Source of the DNA: Trueperaceae bacterium
GTDB taxonomy: Bacteria; Deinococcota; Deinococci; Deinococcales; Trueperaceae
Direction of reading: 5' to 3'
DNA: 64,000 nucleotides
Assembly (NCBI GenBank): GCA_965214405.1
Contig: OZ243956.1
Coordinates: 3,392,001 to 3,456,000 of the forward strand
The notes beneath the pieces were generated by a model, which was given only the letters and a program-made list of their open reading frames with translations, was not told where the DNA came from and ran no database searches. Numbering within the stretch: the stretch's first letter is position 1; each line of letters opens with the position of its first letter. The translations under genes were made by a program, and so were the position numbers. Below are positions 9,933 to 19,986 of this stretch, one piece after another.

Positions 9933-10916
9933 ATGAGCGTGCAACGGCTCGAGCGTTACGAACAAAAAGTCCGGCACATCGAGGACGCCCAAGGCTGGGT
10001 GATGTTCGGGCTCTTTATGGCCTTTCTCGTGGCCTTGCCCTTCGTCGCGCCCGGCTACATCATCTACAACGTTACGCTCTTTTTCGTCTTTAGCCTCGTC
10101 GCGGTGGCCTTGACCGTGCTCGTCGGCTTTACCGGACAGGTGTCGCTGGGCCACGCGGGCTTCCTCGCGGCGGGGGCGTACACGACGGCGTATCTTACGA
10201 GTCTGGGCTGGCCTTTTTTGTTGGGTCTCGCCCTGTCTCTGGTGGTCGGCGGGCTGCTGGGCCTCGTCATCGGGGTGCCGTCGCTGCGGCTCGAGGGTCC
10301 CTACTTAGCCATCGCCACGCTGGGTTTCGGGCTCGCCATCCAGCAAATTCTCAACAACTGGCGGCTCGTGGGCGCGTCTACAGGTTTCCTGGCGGACAGA
10401 CCTGCGTTTTTTGGTCTGGATTTTACCGGCGACACGCCTTTTTACTTTTTCGTCCTCGTTATCGTGTCACTCGCTATTTGGACGGCGTTCAACCTCAAGC
10501 GCTCGCACGTGGGCCGCGCCTGGGGGGCGGTGCGCGACGCCGAGCTGGCGGCGCAGATGAGCGGCGTGAACTTGCCCTATTACAAAACCTTGGCGTTTGT
10601 CCTTTCCGCGGCCATGACCGCGCTCGCGGGCGGGCTCTACGGGGCCTTGCTGGGCTACATCACGCCGGAGAGTTTTAACCTGCTCCTGTCGATTAAGTTT
10701 TTGCTCATCATCGTCGTTGGGGGCCTTGGCTATCTGCCGGGGGCGATTCTGGGGGCGGCGGCCATTACCGGCTTAGAAGTCATTCTTTCGGCGCAGCAGA
10801 ACCGCTCGCAGCTCCTTTTCGGCGTGGTGGTGATTTTGCTGATGCTGCTCGAGCCCCGCGGCATATACGGCGTGTGGGGCCGGGTCCGGCGCTACTGGCG
10901 CACGTGGCCGATGTGA
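9933..10916 (+). CDS. Branched-chain amino acid-type ABC permease (LivM-like)
   Basis: GQVSLGHAGF, RLEGPYLAIATLGF, AVRDAELAA. Confidence 0.9.
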   Translation: MSVQRLERYEQKVRHIEDAQGWVMFGLFMAFLVALPFVAPGYIIYNVTLFFVFSLVAVALTVLVGFTGQVSLGHAGFLAAGAYTTAYLTSLGWPFLLGLALSLVVGGLLGLVIGVPSLRLEGPYLAIATLGFGLAIQQILNNWRLVGASTGFLADRPAFFGLDFTGDTPFYFFVLVIVSLAIWTAFNLKRSHVGRAWGAVRDAELAAQMSGVNLPYYKTLAFVLSAAMTALAGGLYGALLGYITPESFNLLLSIKFLLIIVVGGLGYLPGAILGAAAITGLEVILSAQQNRSQLLFGVVVILLMLLEPRGIYGVWGRVRRYWRTWPM

Positions 10917-11003
10917 GGGGAGATGAGGGTAAAGTTTTTGTGTGGAATCTAAGCTTTTCTGGAACGGCTATAAACGTGCTTCTTCAGCAACTACCGCGCC
11001 AAA

Positions 11004-11036
11004 CCTCCCCCCTTAACAAGGGGGGCCGGGGGGGAT
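11004..11036. repeat. REP-like GC palindrome
   Basis: CCTCCCCCCTTAACAAGGGGGGCCGGGGGGGAT; CCCCCCTT and AAGGGGGG form a hairpin. Confidence 0.5.
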
Positions 11037-11043
11037 CACCCTA

Positions 11044-12054
11044 ATGGAAAGTTTTCTTCAAGCTTTGGTAAGCGGCTTAGCCGCAGGCAGCATCTACGCG
11101 CTCATCGCGCTCGGGCTGGTGCTCCTCTACCGCACAACCAACATCCTCAACTTCGCGCACGGGGAGTTTGGGCTTTTTGGGACTTTTGTGGCGTTTGCAA
11201 TCCTCACCTCGCTCGATATTCCTTACGGCCTCTCTTTCGTGCTCTCGCTCGTGGCGGCGCTGCTGCTGGGCGGCTTCGTGTCGCTCGTGCTCGTCAGACC
11301 TGGCAAAACGGCCTTGAGCGTCGGGCTGGCGGTGCTCGTGGGGGCGCTCGCCTACGGCTTAGGGCTCGGCCTGGTGCTGGCGTCACTCGTCGGGGTGGTT
11401 ACCGGGGTGCTTTACTACGCCCTTTCGGAGGGCGGCGCAAGCGACCCCGGCGACCTGGGCCTCATCATCCTTACTTTAGGTGTCAACTTGACGCTTCAGG
11501 GCACCTACGCGCTCTCGTTCGGCACCGACAACAAAATCTTGCCGCCCCTCGTCGCTGACAGCACTCTGCGCGTCGGCGGCGCAGCGTTAAGTAGTTTGTC
11601 GCTCCTCACGTCAATCATCGGCGTAGTCATCATGGTGGGGCTCTGGGCGCTCCTCAGCCGCACCAAAATCGGGCTCGCCATGCGGGCGGTGGCGCAGCGT
11701 GAGGACGTGGCGCGGGCGATGGGCATTCCCGTCCGCACGGTGATGTTTGCGACCTGGGGCGTGTCGGCCTTGCTCGCCGCCGCCGCCGCGCTGCTTTTAG
11801 CGCCCACCACGCTGCTCTCGACCAACCTGATGTTTGATCCCCTTTCCAAGGGCTTCGTCGCGGCGGTGATCGGCGGGATGAACAGCCTGCCGGGGGCGAT
11901 TCTGGGTGGTTATCTGCTGGGGGTTTTAGAACTCCTCGTCGGCGTCTACATCTCAAACGAGTTCAAGGCGTCGTTCGCCTTTTTGGTCGTGCTCGTCGTG
12001 CTCGTCTTAAGACCCCACGGTGTCCTGGGTCGCCCGGAAGTGCGGCGTGTGTAG
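11044..12054 (+). CDS. Branched-chain amino acid-type ABC permease (LivH-like)
   Basis: GSIYALIALG, LNFAHGE, GLAMRAVA, RPHGVLG. Confidence 0.9.
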   Translation: MESFLQALVSGLAAGSIYALIALGLVLLYRTTNILNFAHGEFGLFGTFVAFAILTSLDIPYGLSFVLSLVAALLLGGFVSLVLVRPGKTALSVGLAVLVGALAYGLGLGLVLASLVGVVTGVLYYALSEGGASDPGDLGLIILTLGVNLTLQGTYALSFGTDNKILPPLVADSTLRVGGAALSSLSLLTSIIGVVIMVGLWALLSRTKIGLAMRAVAQREDVARAMGIPVRTVMFATWGVSALLAAAAALLLAPTTLLSTNLMFDPLSKGFVAAVIGGMNSLPGAILGGYLLGVLELLVGVYISNEFKASFAFLVVLVVLVLRPHGVLGRPEVRRV

Positions 12055-12166
12055 GGGCTGTGGGTGATAAGATGGTTGAGCATCATTAATTAAGGAGCGG
12101 GAATGGAGTGGAAGAGACGACCTTCTCTACATTTCTATCCCGTACCTCAAGAACGAAAGGAGCAAC

Positions 12167-13345
12167 ATGAAAAAGCTACTCGTAAGTCTCGTTCTTCTCC
12201 TAGCAGGTCTTGGTCTTGCCCAGACGCCGGGCGTGACCGACACGGAAATCCGCATCGGCACCTGGGGGCCGCAGTCGGGTCCGGCGGCGGCCTGGGGCAC
12301 GGTCATCGACGCGATCGACGCTTATTTTCAGTACGTGAACGCGCAGGGCGGCGTGAACGGGCGCGAGCTGGTGCTCGTCTCGCGCGACGACGGCTACGAT
12401 CCCGCGCGGAGCGTGTCGGCGGTGCGCGAGCTCATCGACCGCGAGAACGTCTTCGCGCTCGTGGGCGGCATCGGCACAGCCAACGGCTTGGCGGTCTTGC
12501 CGATCATTAAGCGCGAGGGCATCCCCTGGGTAAGCCCGTCGACCGGCTCGGGCGAGTTCGCCAGGCAGAGCGACGGTTTGGTGTTCGCCACCTACACGAA
12601 TTACGGCGTCGAGTCGGCCTTGATGACGCGCTACGCGGTTGAGGAACTGGGCAACACGCGCATCGCCGTGTTCTACCAGAACGACGGCTACGGCGAAGAG
12701 GGTCTTGCCGGTGTTCAAGAGGAGGTCGCGCGGCTGCAAGAGGCGGGGATGGACGTGTCTATCGTGGATACGGTTTCTTATGAGCGCGGCGAGACCAACA
12801 TGGCGGTCCAGGCGCTGCGCCTGAGCGGCGCGGACGCCGACGCGGTGGTGATGTACAGCACGCCCGCCGCCGCCGCGGCTTTGGTCAATGAGTTTGGGAG
12901 GCTCGAGTACGCCCCGCGCATCTTAGCCTCGAGCACGCTCTTAGACCCCAGCCTCATCGCCAACCCCGGAATGCAGGACGCGCTGCTCGCCACCTTTGCG
13001 CGCCTCCCCTCGGCGGTCGTGGGCGAGGAGGCTGGCGATCCCATCGCGGATGACATCTTAGCCAACGTCATCGTCCCCTACGCCCCCGAGGCCGCCCAGG
13101 ACCCCTTCCGCTCGGGCGCCGGGGTCGCCTTTGTGCAGCCTCTCGTCGAAGCCCTCCGCGCCGCCGGTCCCGATTTGACGCGCGAGAGCTTTCTGGAAGC
13201 GATGGGCAACATCAGCGGCTACGACACAGGCATGTTCGCCAACCTCGACTTCACCGAGGGCTACCAGGGCAACAACTCGATCATCCTGCTCCGCATCACG
13301 CCCGAGGGCCTGCGCCCGGCGTCGGACGGGTTTATCACGTTCTAG
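12167..13345 (+). CDS. ABC substrate-binding protein (LivK/Peripla_BP_6-like)
   Basis: Signal peptide, GVTDTEIRIG, NAQGGVNGR, DDGYDP. Confidence 0.9.
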   Translation: MKKLLVSLVLLLAGLGLAQTPGVTDTEIRIGTWGPQSGPAAAWGTVIDAIDAYFQYVNAQGGVNGRELVLVSRDDGYDPARSVSAVRELIDRENVFALVGGIGTANGLAVLPIIKREGIPWVSPSTGSGEFARQSDGLVFATYTNYGVESALMTRYAVEELGNTRIAVFYQNDGYGEEGLAGVQEEVARLQEAGMDVSIVDTVSYERGETNMAVQALRLSGADADAVVMYSTPAAAAALVNEFGRLEYAPRILASSTLLDPSLIANPGMQDALLATFARLPSAVVGEEAGDPIADDILANVIVPYAPEAAQDPFRSGAGVAFVQPLVEALRAAGPDLTRESFLEAMGNISGYDTGMFANLDFTEGYQGNNSIILLRITPEGLRPASDGFITF

Positions 13346-13396
13346 TGGAGACGGGGGAGGTACTCCTCCCCCTTTTATCTTGCCAAAGGTATTTTT

Positions 13397-14175
13397 ATGA
13401 CCCCCCTGCTCGAGCTTTCCCACTTAAGCCTCTCCTTTGGCGGCATCAAGGCGCTTTCGGACGTGAGTTTTCCCGTTCACGAGCGGGAGGTGGTGGCGCT
13501 GATCGGTCCCAACGGCGCGGGCAAAACGAGCTTGTTTAACTGCGTGTGCGGTTTTTACAAGCCGCAGACGGGCCGGGTGCTCTTCAAGGGCCGCGACATC
13601 ACCGGGGCCAAACCCCACCGCGTTGCGGCTCTGGGCATCGGGCGAGCCTTTCAAAACATCGAGCTCTTCCGGTCTCTGAGTTGCCTCGACAACCTCCTTT
13701 TGGGGCGGCACCTGCACGTCGGAACGAACCTTTTGGGTGCGATGTTCGCCACGCCCGGCTGGCGGCGCGACGAGGTGCGGCAGCGCAGGCGGGCCGAAGA
13801 ACTTATGGACGTGCTCGACCTGCAAGCCTACCGCGACACGCCCGTGGCGGTCTTGCCTTACGGCGTGCAAAAGCTTGTGGAGGTGGCCCGCGCCCTCGCC
13901 GCCGAACCCGAACTCCTCCTCCTCGACGAACCCACCGCGGGCATGACTGCCGAAGAAAAAGACGAGATGATGTTCCGCCTCCTGCGCCTGCGGCGCGATT
14001 TGGGGCTGTCTTTGTTGGTTGTCGAGCACGACCTGCGCGTGGTGAGTCGGCTCGCCGAGCGCATCGTGGTCCTCGACTACGGCGTCAAAATTGCCGACGG
14101 CTCCCCCCTCGAGGTGCAGCGCGACCCCGAGGTCATAAGGGCGTACTTAGGCGAGACGCAGTTGGAGGCGGTGGG

Positions 14176-14179
<4 letters not shown>
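13397..14179 (+). CDS. ABC ATP-binding protein (LivG-like)
   Basis: GPNGAGKT, LLLLDEP, VIRAYLG. Confidence 0.93.
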
Positions 14180-14970
<791 letters not shown>

Positions 14971-14997
14971 GGTCTAACCATTTCGGAAGGGGCTATT

Positions 14998-15972
14998 TTG
15001 AAAGCTGTTCTTTGTAAACAGTGGGGCACTCCGGCTGATTTAAGCTACGAAGACGCGCCCGACCCCGTCCCAGACGCGGGCGAGGTGCTTATCGGCGTGC
15101 GGGCCGTTGGGGTGAACTTTGCTGACACGCTGATGATGGCGGGGCGCTACCAGCTAAAGCCGCCCCTGCCGTTCTCGCCGGGCTTCGAGGTGGCGGGGGA
15201 GGTGCTGGAACTTGGCGAGGGCGTGACGCAGCTCGAGCCGGGAACGCGCGTGATGGGCTTCTTACAGTACGGCGCTTACGCTGAAAAGGTCGCCGCGCCC
15301 GCCCAGATGGTTATGCCCATCCCCGAGGGGATGGATTACAAGGACGCCGCCGCCTTTGCGGTGGCTTACGGGACGTCGCATGTGGCGCTCGAGCACCGCG
15401 CCCGCTTACAAGAGGGAGAAACGCTCCTCGTCCACGGCGCGTCGGGCGGCGTGGGCTTGACCGCGGTGGAGCTCGGCAAGAGGATGGGCGCGACCGTCAT
15501 CGCCACCGCGAGCACGGAGGAAAAGTTAGCCCTCTGCCGCCGCTACGGCGCGGACCACACCATCAACTACCGTGAAGAAGATTTCGTCCCCAAGGTCAAG
15601 AGCATCACGGACGGGCGCGGCGCGGACGTGATTTTGGACCCCGTCGGCGGCGATGTGTTCGAAAGGTCGCTGCGCTGCACCGCTTGGGAGGGCCGAATCC
15701 TGGTTATTGGCTTTGCCAGCGGCGAGATACCACAGGTGCCTGTGAACCTCACGCTCGTCAAAAACTGCTCAATTGTCGGCGTGTTCTGGGGCGCGTACGG
15801 TCAGAAAAATCCAAAAGTGCTGATGAACTCGCTGCAAACGCTGCTGACGTGGTACGCGGAAGGGAAGCTGAAGCCGCACATTTCCAGGGTTTATGCGCTC
15901 GAAGACGCACCACGGGCGATGATGGAACTAATGGAAAGGCGATCAACGGGGAAGGTGGTGCTCGAGCCCTGA
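14998..15972 (+). CDS. NADPH:quinone oxidoreductase (MDR/zeta-crystallin family)
   Basis: GVNFAD, PGFEVAG, HGASGGVG, TGKVVL. Confidence 0.9.
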   Translation: MKAVLCKQWGTPADLSYEDAPDPVPDAGEVLIGVRAVGVNFADTLMMAGRYQLKPPLPFSPGFEVAGEVLELGEGVTQLEPGTRVMGFLQYGAYAEKVAAPAQMVMPIPEGMDYKDAAAFAVAYGTSHVALEHRARLQEGETLLVHGASGGVGLTAVELGKRMGATVIATASTEEKLALCRRYGADHTINYREEDFVPKVKSITDGRGADVILDPVGGDVFERSLRCTAWEGRILVIGFASGEIPQVPVNLTLVKNCSIVGVFWGAYGQKNPKVLMNSLQTLLTWYAEGKLKPHISRVYALEDAPRAMMELMERRSTGKVVLEP

Positions 15973-15990
15973 AAAACGTGTGGGGCGGGG

Positions 15991-16140
15991 CTCGAGCCTC
16001 AGCCGTTCGTCAAGATTTATATCTTCACCGTCAAAGTGTGCAGTTGGGAAGTAGGTTTCATGAAAACTGCTTTAATCCGACTCACCAGACAACCGTAGCA
16101 TCCGTTAAATGTTATGTAGGTTCACTCAGAGCCCCAAAAT
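15991..16140 (-). pseudogene. Degenerate copy of the DUF3368 3' tail plus a small antitoxin-like gene remnant
   Basis: Imperfect direct repeat of 16839-16985. The remnant reads TAHFDGEDINLDERLRLE out of frame with its ATG. Confidence 0.75.
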
Positions 16141-16152
16141 AAAGCCAAACCT

Positions 16153-16171
16153 TGTGCTACAATTTAGCACA
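16153..16171 (+). promoter_or_regulatory. Extended -10 box overlapped by a palindromic operator
   Basis: TGTGCTA-CAATT-TAGCACA is a perfect inverted repeat containing TGcTACAAT, upstream of the RHH antitoxin. Confidence 0.7.
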
Positions 16172-16194
16172 GCAGAAGTCGTTTGGAGGTCGTT

Positions 16195-16413
16195 ATGCGC
16201 GAAAGCATTTCTATCAGCTTGCCGGAAAACTTGAAAGAGGAACTTGACCGCTTCACGCAAAGCGAGGGCGTATCCCGTAGCGACCTCGTCCGGGAAGCGC
16301 TCAAAGAGTACCTTTTCGTTCACAAACTTCGCGCGTTGCGTCAAAAACTTCTGCCCTACGCCGAAGCGCAAGGCATTTACACCGATGAGGACGTTTTCGA
16401 CGACGTGTCGTGA
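16195..16413 (+). CDS. Ribbon-helix-helix (CopG-like) antitoxin
   Basis: ISISLPENLKEELD...SRSDLVREAL, a GGAGG RBS, and overlap with the PIN gene. Confidence 0.85.
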   Translation: MRESISISLPENLKEELDRFTQSEGVSRSDLVREALKEYLFVHKLRALRQKLLPYAEAQGIYTDEDVFDDVS

Positions 16414-16811
16414 AGCTCGTTCTCGACACCAACGTACTGATTGCGGCCTTTGTTTCGCGCGGTGTGTGCCACGAACTGCTCGAGCATTGCGCACGGCAGC
16501 ACGAACTCGTGACCTCGGATAAAATTCTGGGAGAGTTTGAGGAAAAGCTGCTTTACAAGTTCAAGGTGCCTTACGCCGAGGCTCGAGAGGCCGTAGATCT
16601 GATAACTCTCACTATGCAATTGGTCACCCCCGAACCCCTAGAGGTCGCCGTTTGCCGAGACCCGGACGACGATTGGGTACTCGCCACCGCAGCGGCGGGA
16701 GGGTGTACGTGCCTCGTAACCGGAGATAAAGACCTGCTCGTTGTGAAGTCGTTTCAAGGCGTGACTATTTTGGCACCTTCTGAGTTCTGGGCGTATGAGG
16801 CTGCTCAGTAG
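16410..16811 (+). CDS. PIN-domain toxin (VapC-like)
   Basis: LVLDTNVLIAA, CRDPDDD, LVTGDKDLL. Confidence 0.9.
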   Translation: MKLVLDTNVLIAAFVSRGVCHELLEHCARQHELVTSDKILGEFEEKLLYKFKVPYAEAREAVDLITLTMQLVTPEPLEVAVCRDPDDDWVLATAAAGGCTCLVTGDKDLLVVKSFQGVTILAPSEFWAYEAAQ

Positions 16812-16838
16812 GACTCGCATTGGGTGGCGATGAAGCTG

Positions 16839-16906
16839 CTCGAGCCCCAGCGGTTCATCAAGCCTTGTCCACCGTCAAAAGGTGCGGTTACAGAGATAGT
16901 TTTCAC
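16839..16906 (-). pseudogene. Second degenerate copy of the small antitoxin-like gene
   Basis: Reads VKTISVTAPFDG, then shifts frame to RLDEPLGLE. Similar to 17721-17792. Confidence 0.7.
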
Positions 16907-16916
16907 GAAAACTGCT

Positions 16917-17419
16917 TCAATCCGACTCACCAGCTAACCGTAGCATCAGTTGAACGGTATGCGGACTCACTCGGAATCCCAAAGCTTTTAGTTTGTCAAT
17001 CACTGGCAAGATAGCCTCGATAAGTTGCGCTCGTTTAGCGTCGAGCAGAAGCCCCAACGTACCTGTAAAGGGAATATTCAGAGCCTGTGCGAAGTTTCGC
17101 GCCAATCTATCGTCCAAAACACTTATGTACCCAGCTTGCTCGAGGGCGAGGGCTAACACTTCTACCTCTCCTTTACCCAAATCTGTGACGAGGGGTAAGA
17201 CGGATAAACTCTTTGGACGTTGAATGGTAAGCCACTCGAGCTCCCTTACCTTTGGAACATTCACACCCACGGCGCTTCCGGCCTCGAGCTCGGAAACAAC
17301 CGCTTCAGGCACAAGAATCTCTTCGGCTAATTCACCAAGACAGACAGAAGTTCTAGCTGGTGCAGGTACTGTAGAGGCGACGTGTTGCAAATAAGCTTGG
17401 GCGGGGCGAGTTTAGGCAA
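16917..17419 (-). pseudogene. DUF3368 (PIN-like) protein with a single frameshift
   Basis: TTG at 17419 gives MPKLAPPKLICNTSPLQYLHQLELLSV. One base is missing near 17335; the frame then continues GELAEEILVPEAV...LGKGEVE...LDDRLAR...GTLGLL. Confidence 0.8.
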
Positions 17420-17666
17420 GGCGTGTCTCGAGCCCAAACGTTTCATCCGTCAGGTCGAAACTATCTACGCCGTAGTCTGCTAACTTCGTCAAAAAAAGAG
17501 GTTTGGGTATGCCCGCCAAGGTAGCGGCTGCGCCCGCTGACAATCTACCCAGCTCATAGAGTTTCATGGCGGCAGCCAAGCGCAACTCGCTCGCCATCTC
17601 GTCGGGCATAAGCTTGAGGCTCAAAAGGCTTTCTGAGGGTATCTCGAGGATGATTTGTTCAGTCAT
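17412..17666 (-). CDS. UPF0175 family antitoxin-like protein
   Basis: ELRLAAAMKLYELGRLSAGAAATLAG, coupled to the DUF3368 gene. Confidence 0.85.
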   Translation of the reverse strand: MTEQIILEIPSESLLSLKLMPDEMASELRLAAAMKLYELGRLSAGAAATLAGIPKPLFLTKLADYGVDSFDLTDETFGLETRLA

Positions 17667-17681
17667 ACCAAAGTGTACTTG

Positions 17682-17792
17682 CTAAGGGCCGAACCAGCGT
17701 GATTTTGGCTCGAGAGGGGGCTCGAGCCTCAGCGGTTCATCAAGCCTTATATGTTCACCGTCAAAGTGTGCGGTTACAGAGATGGTTTTCAT
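17682..17792 (-). pseudogene. Truncated small antitoxin-like gene (DUF104-like N-terminus), leaderless
   Basis: MKTISVTAHFDGEHIRLDEPLRLEP ends at paired CTCGAG sites. TGcTATAAT lies 6 nt before the ATG. Family assignment is from recall only. Confidence 0.6.
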
Positions 17793-17920
17793 GTATGAAT
17801 TATAGCAAGGAAGCAGTGGTTTGAGATTCGAGCTTGTGAGTACCAACCCCAGTGAATAATCTAGCCCAAAACCTCCGAAAGAATCTTGTGGAACCAATCA
17901 GCGCCACTTGCAGCGTTTGG

Positions 17921-18388
17921 TTAGGTAGCAGACACATTAGTAACTGAAAGCCGGTACAACCAAGGTAGGTCATAAAGAACAACCCACGCCAAGTAGATGA
18001 TGCTGATTCCAAAGGATAAAGAATCTTTGCGTAGCACGCTCAGCGCTTGAACCAACACCAAGACAGCAAAACCAACAGTAACCCAAAAAGTGAGGTTCAG
18101 GTTGCGTGTTCCGAAAAAGAACAAATTCCAAACTTCATTGCCGATAACTACAGCCGCGCTAAGCACAACAGCTATCACTAAACCCTGAGTGAATGTTCTG
18201 AAGATAATAATGCCGTAACCTAAGTAAACGAGAAAGGCAACAATAACAGACCCCCATAGAGGAAGCTTAAACCAGGGATGATTGAGTTCACCATACCAAG
18301 TCATTGCACTTTTTGTAACAAAGACATTACCCACCACGGCAGCCAGTAAAGGAATAAGGATTGCTATCGTCAATGCACGCCAGTTCAT
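17921..18388 (-). CDS. TspO/MBR family membrane protein
   Basis: WYGELNHPWF, NEVWNLFFFG, YLAWV, about five TM segments; visibly AT-rich. Confidence 0.8.
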   Translation of the reverse strand: MNWRALTIAILIPLLAAVVGNVFVTKSAMTWYGELNHPWFKLPLWGSVIVAFLVYLGYGIIIFRTFTQGLVIAVVLSAAVVIGNEVWNLFFFGTRNLNLTFWVTVGFAVLVLVQALSVLRKDSLSFGISIIYLAWVVLYDLPWLYRLSVTNVSAT

Positions 18389-18406
18389 ATTGTCACCCGA
18401 CAATCC

Positions 18407-19177
18407 TCACACCTCCCCCAAATACGCCCGCTTCATCGCCTCATTGTTCAAAAGCTCCTTCGCCGGACCCGACAACACCACCTCGCCGGTTTGCAGCACG
18501 TAACCCCTGTCGGCAATCGACAGCGCCACGTTGGCGTTCTGCTCGACCACGAACACGCTGATGCCGCGCTCGTTGACCTGCTTAATAATCTGGAAAATCT
18601 TTTCGACGAAGAGGGGCGCGAGTCCCATCGAGGGCTCGTCCATGAGGATGAGCTTGGGGCGGCTCATCAAAGCGCGGCCCATCGCCAGCATCTGCTGTTC
18701 GCCGCCCGACATGGTGCCGCCCATCTGGCCTACGCGCTCAGAAAGGCGGGGGAAGAGGCCGAATACATAGTCCATGTCCTCGCGGATGGCCTTGCGGTCG
18801 TCGCGGAGGTAGGAACCCATCTCGAGGTTCTCCTTCACCGTCATCTTGGGAAATATCCGGCGGTTCTCGGGCACCACCGCCATGCCGCGCTGGATGCGCC
18901 CGGCGGTGTCGAGCGTGTCGGCGCGTTCGCCGCGGAAGTACATCTCGCCCTCGGACACGCGCACGAGGCCCAGGATGGTCTTGAGCGTGGTGGACTTGCC
19001 CGAGGCGTTGCCGCCCAGCAAGCAGACCATCTCGCCGGGGTGGATGACCATGTCCACGTTGTGAAGGACGCGGATGGGGCCGTAGTGGGTGGTGACTTTG
19101 TTCAGCTCGAGCAGCTTCTCGCGCTCTTGATGGTCTTTGGGTGACGCTGTTTTTGAATATGAGGCTACGTGTGACAT
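18407..19177 (-). CDS. livF: Branched-chain amino acid ABC ATP-binding protein
   Basis: GGNASGKS, MSGGEQQM, MDEPSMG. Confidence 0.9.
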   Translation of the reverse strand: MSHVASYSKTASPKDHQEREKLLELNKVTTHYGPIRVLHNVDMVIHPGEMVCLLGGNASGKSTTLKTILGLVRVSEGEMYFRGERADTLDTAGRIQRGMAVVPENRRIFPKMTVKENLEMGSYLRDDRKAIREDMDYVFGLFPRLSERVGQMGGTMSGGEQQMLAMGRALMSRPKLILMDEPSMGLAPLFVEKIFQIIKQVNERGISVFVVEQNANVALSIADRGYVLQTGEVVLSGPAKELLNNEAMKRAYLGEV

Positions 19178-19986
19178 TACAAAATCTCCGCTTCGTCGGC
19201 TTGGGGCTCGCTCTTTTCTTCGGCTTTTTTGCCCAAGTAAGCCTCGATGACTTTAGGGTCGTTCACAACCTCTTGATAGGAGCCCTCGGCTATTTTTTGC
19301 CCGTAGTCGAGGACGATGACGCGGTCGCTGATGTCGCCGACCAGGTTCATCTTGTGCTCGACCAAAAGAATGGTGTAGCCACCCTCGTCGCGCATCCGGC
19401 GGATGATGTCGGTGACCTCGCCCGTTTCTTTGGGGTTCATCCCGGCGCTGGGTTCGTCCAGCAAGAGCAGTTTGGCCCCCGTCGCCATCGCTCGAGCCAT
19501 CTCGGTGCGGCGGCGGTTGGCGTAGGAGAGGACGTAGACGGGCTGGTGGAGGCGAAAACTCATGAGGCGCGGGCCGAAAAAAGCGAGCTTTTCGAGGGCC
19601 ACCTCGCGCATCTCGCGTTCTCTGCGCCTATAGCCGGGGGTGCGGAACACCGCCGAGAGCCAGGTCGAGTGCATCTTGTGGTGCTGCGGGATGAGGACAT
19701 TATCTAAAACAGACAGGTTGGTAAAGAGCCGCAAATTCTGAAAGGTGCGGGCGACACCCACGTCTACAATCTGGTTGGGCTTTTTCCCCACCAGCGAGCG
19801 GCCCTGGAAGCGGATGTCGCCCGAGGAGGGTTTGTACACGCCCGTGATGAGGTTGAAAAGCGTCGTCTTGCCCGCGCCGTTGGGGCCGATGACCGAGACG
19901 ATTTCGCCTTCAGCGACGTTGAACGACAGGTCGGTCGTCGCCTGGAGGCCGCCGAAGAATTTGTTGACGTTGTCTACCTCGAGCAC
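19177..19986 (-). CDS. livG: Branched-chain amino acid ABC ATP-binding protein
   Basis: GPNGAGKT, RTFQNLRLF, LLDEP, VIEAYLG. Confidence 0.9.
   Translation of the reverse strand: MLEVDNVNKFFGGLQATTDLSFNVAEGEIVSVIGPNGAGKTTLFNLITGVYKPSSGDIRFQGRSLVGKKPNQIVDVGVARTFQNLRLFTNLSVLDNVLIPQHHKMHSTWLSAVFRTPGYRRREREMREVALEKLAFFGPRLMSFRLHQPVYVLSYANRRRTEMARAMATGAKLLLLDEPSAGMNPKETGEVTDIIRRMRDEGGYTILLVEHKMNLVGDISDRVIVLDYGQKIAEGSYQEVVNDPKVIEAYLGKKAEEKSEPQADEAEIL

Noticed and set aside
13546..14175. N-terminal extension of the 474-aa ORF
   Set aside because: It overlaps the LivG-like gene in another frame. The real ATPase begins at the GTGA overlap at 14176.
15991..17792. Integron cassette array
   Set aside because: The repeats are gene remnants rather than attC-like palindromes, and no integrase is nearby.
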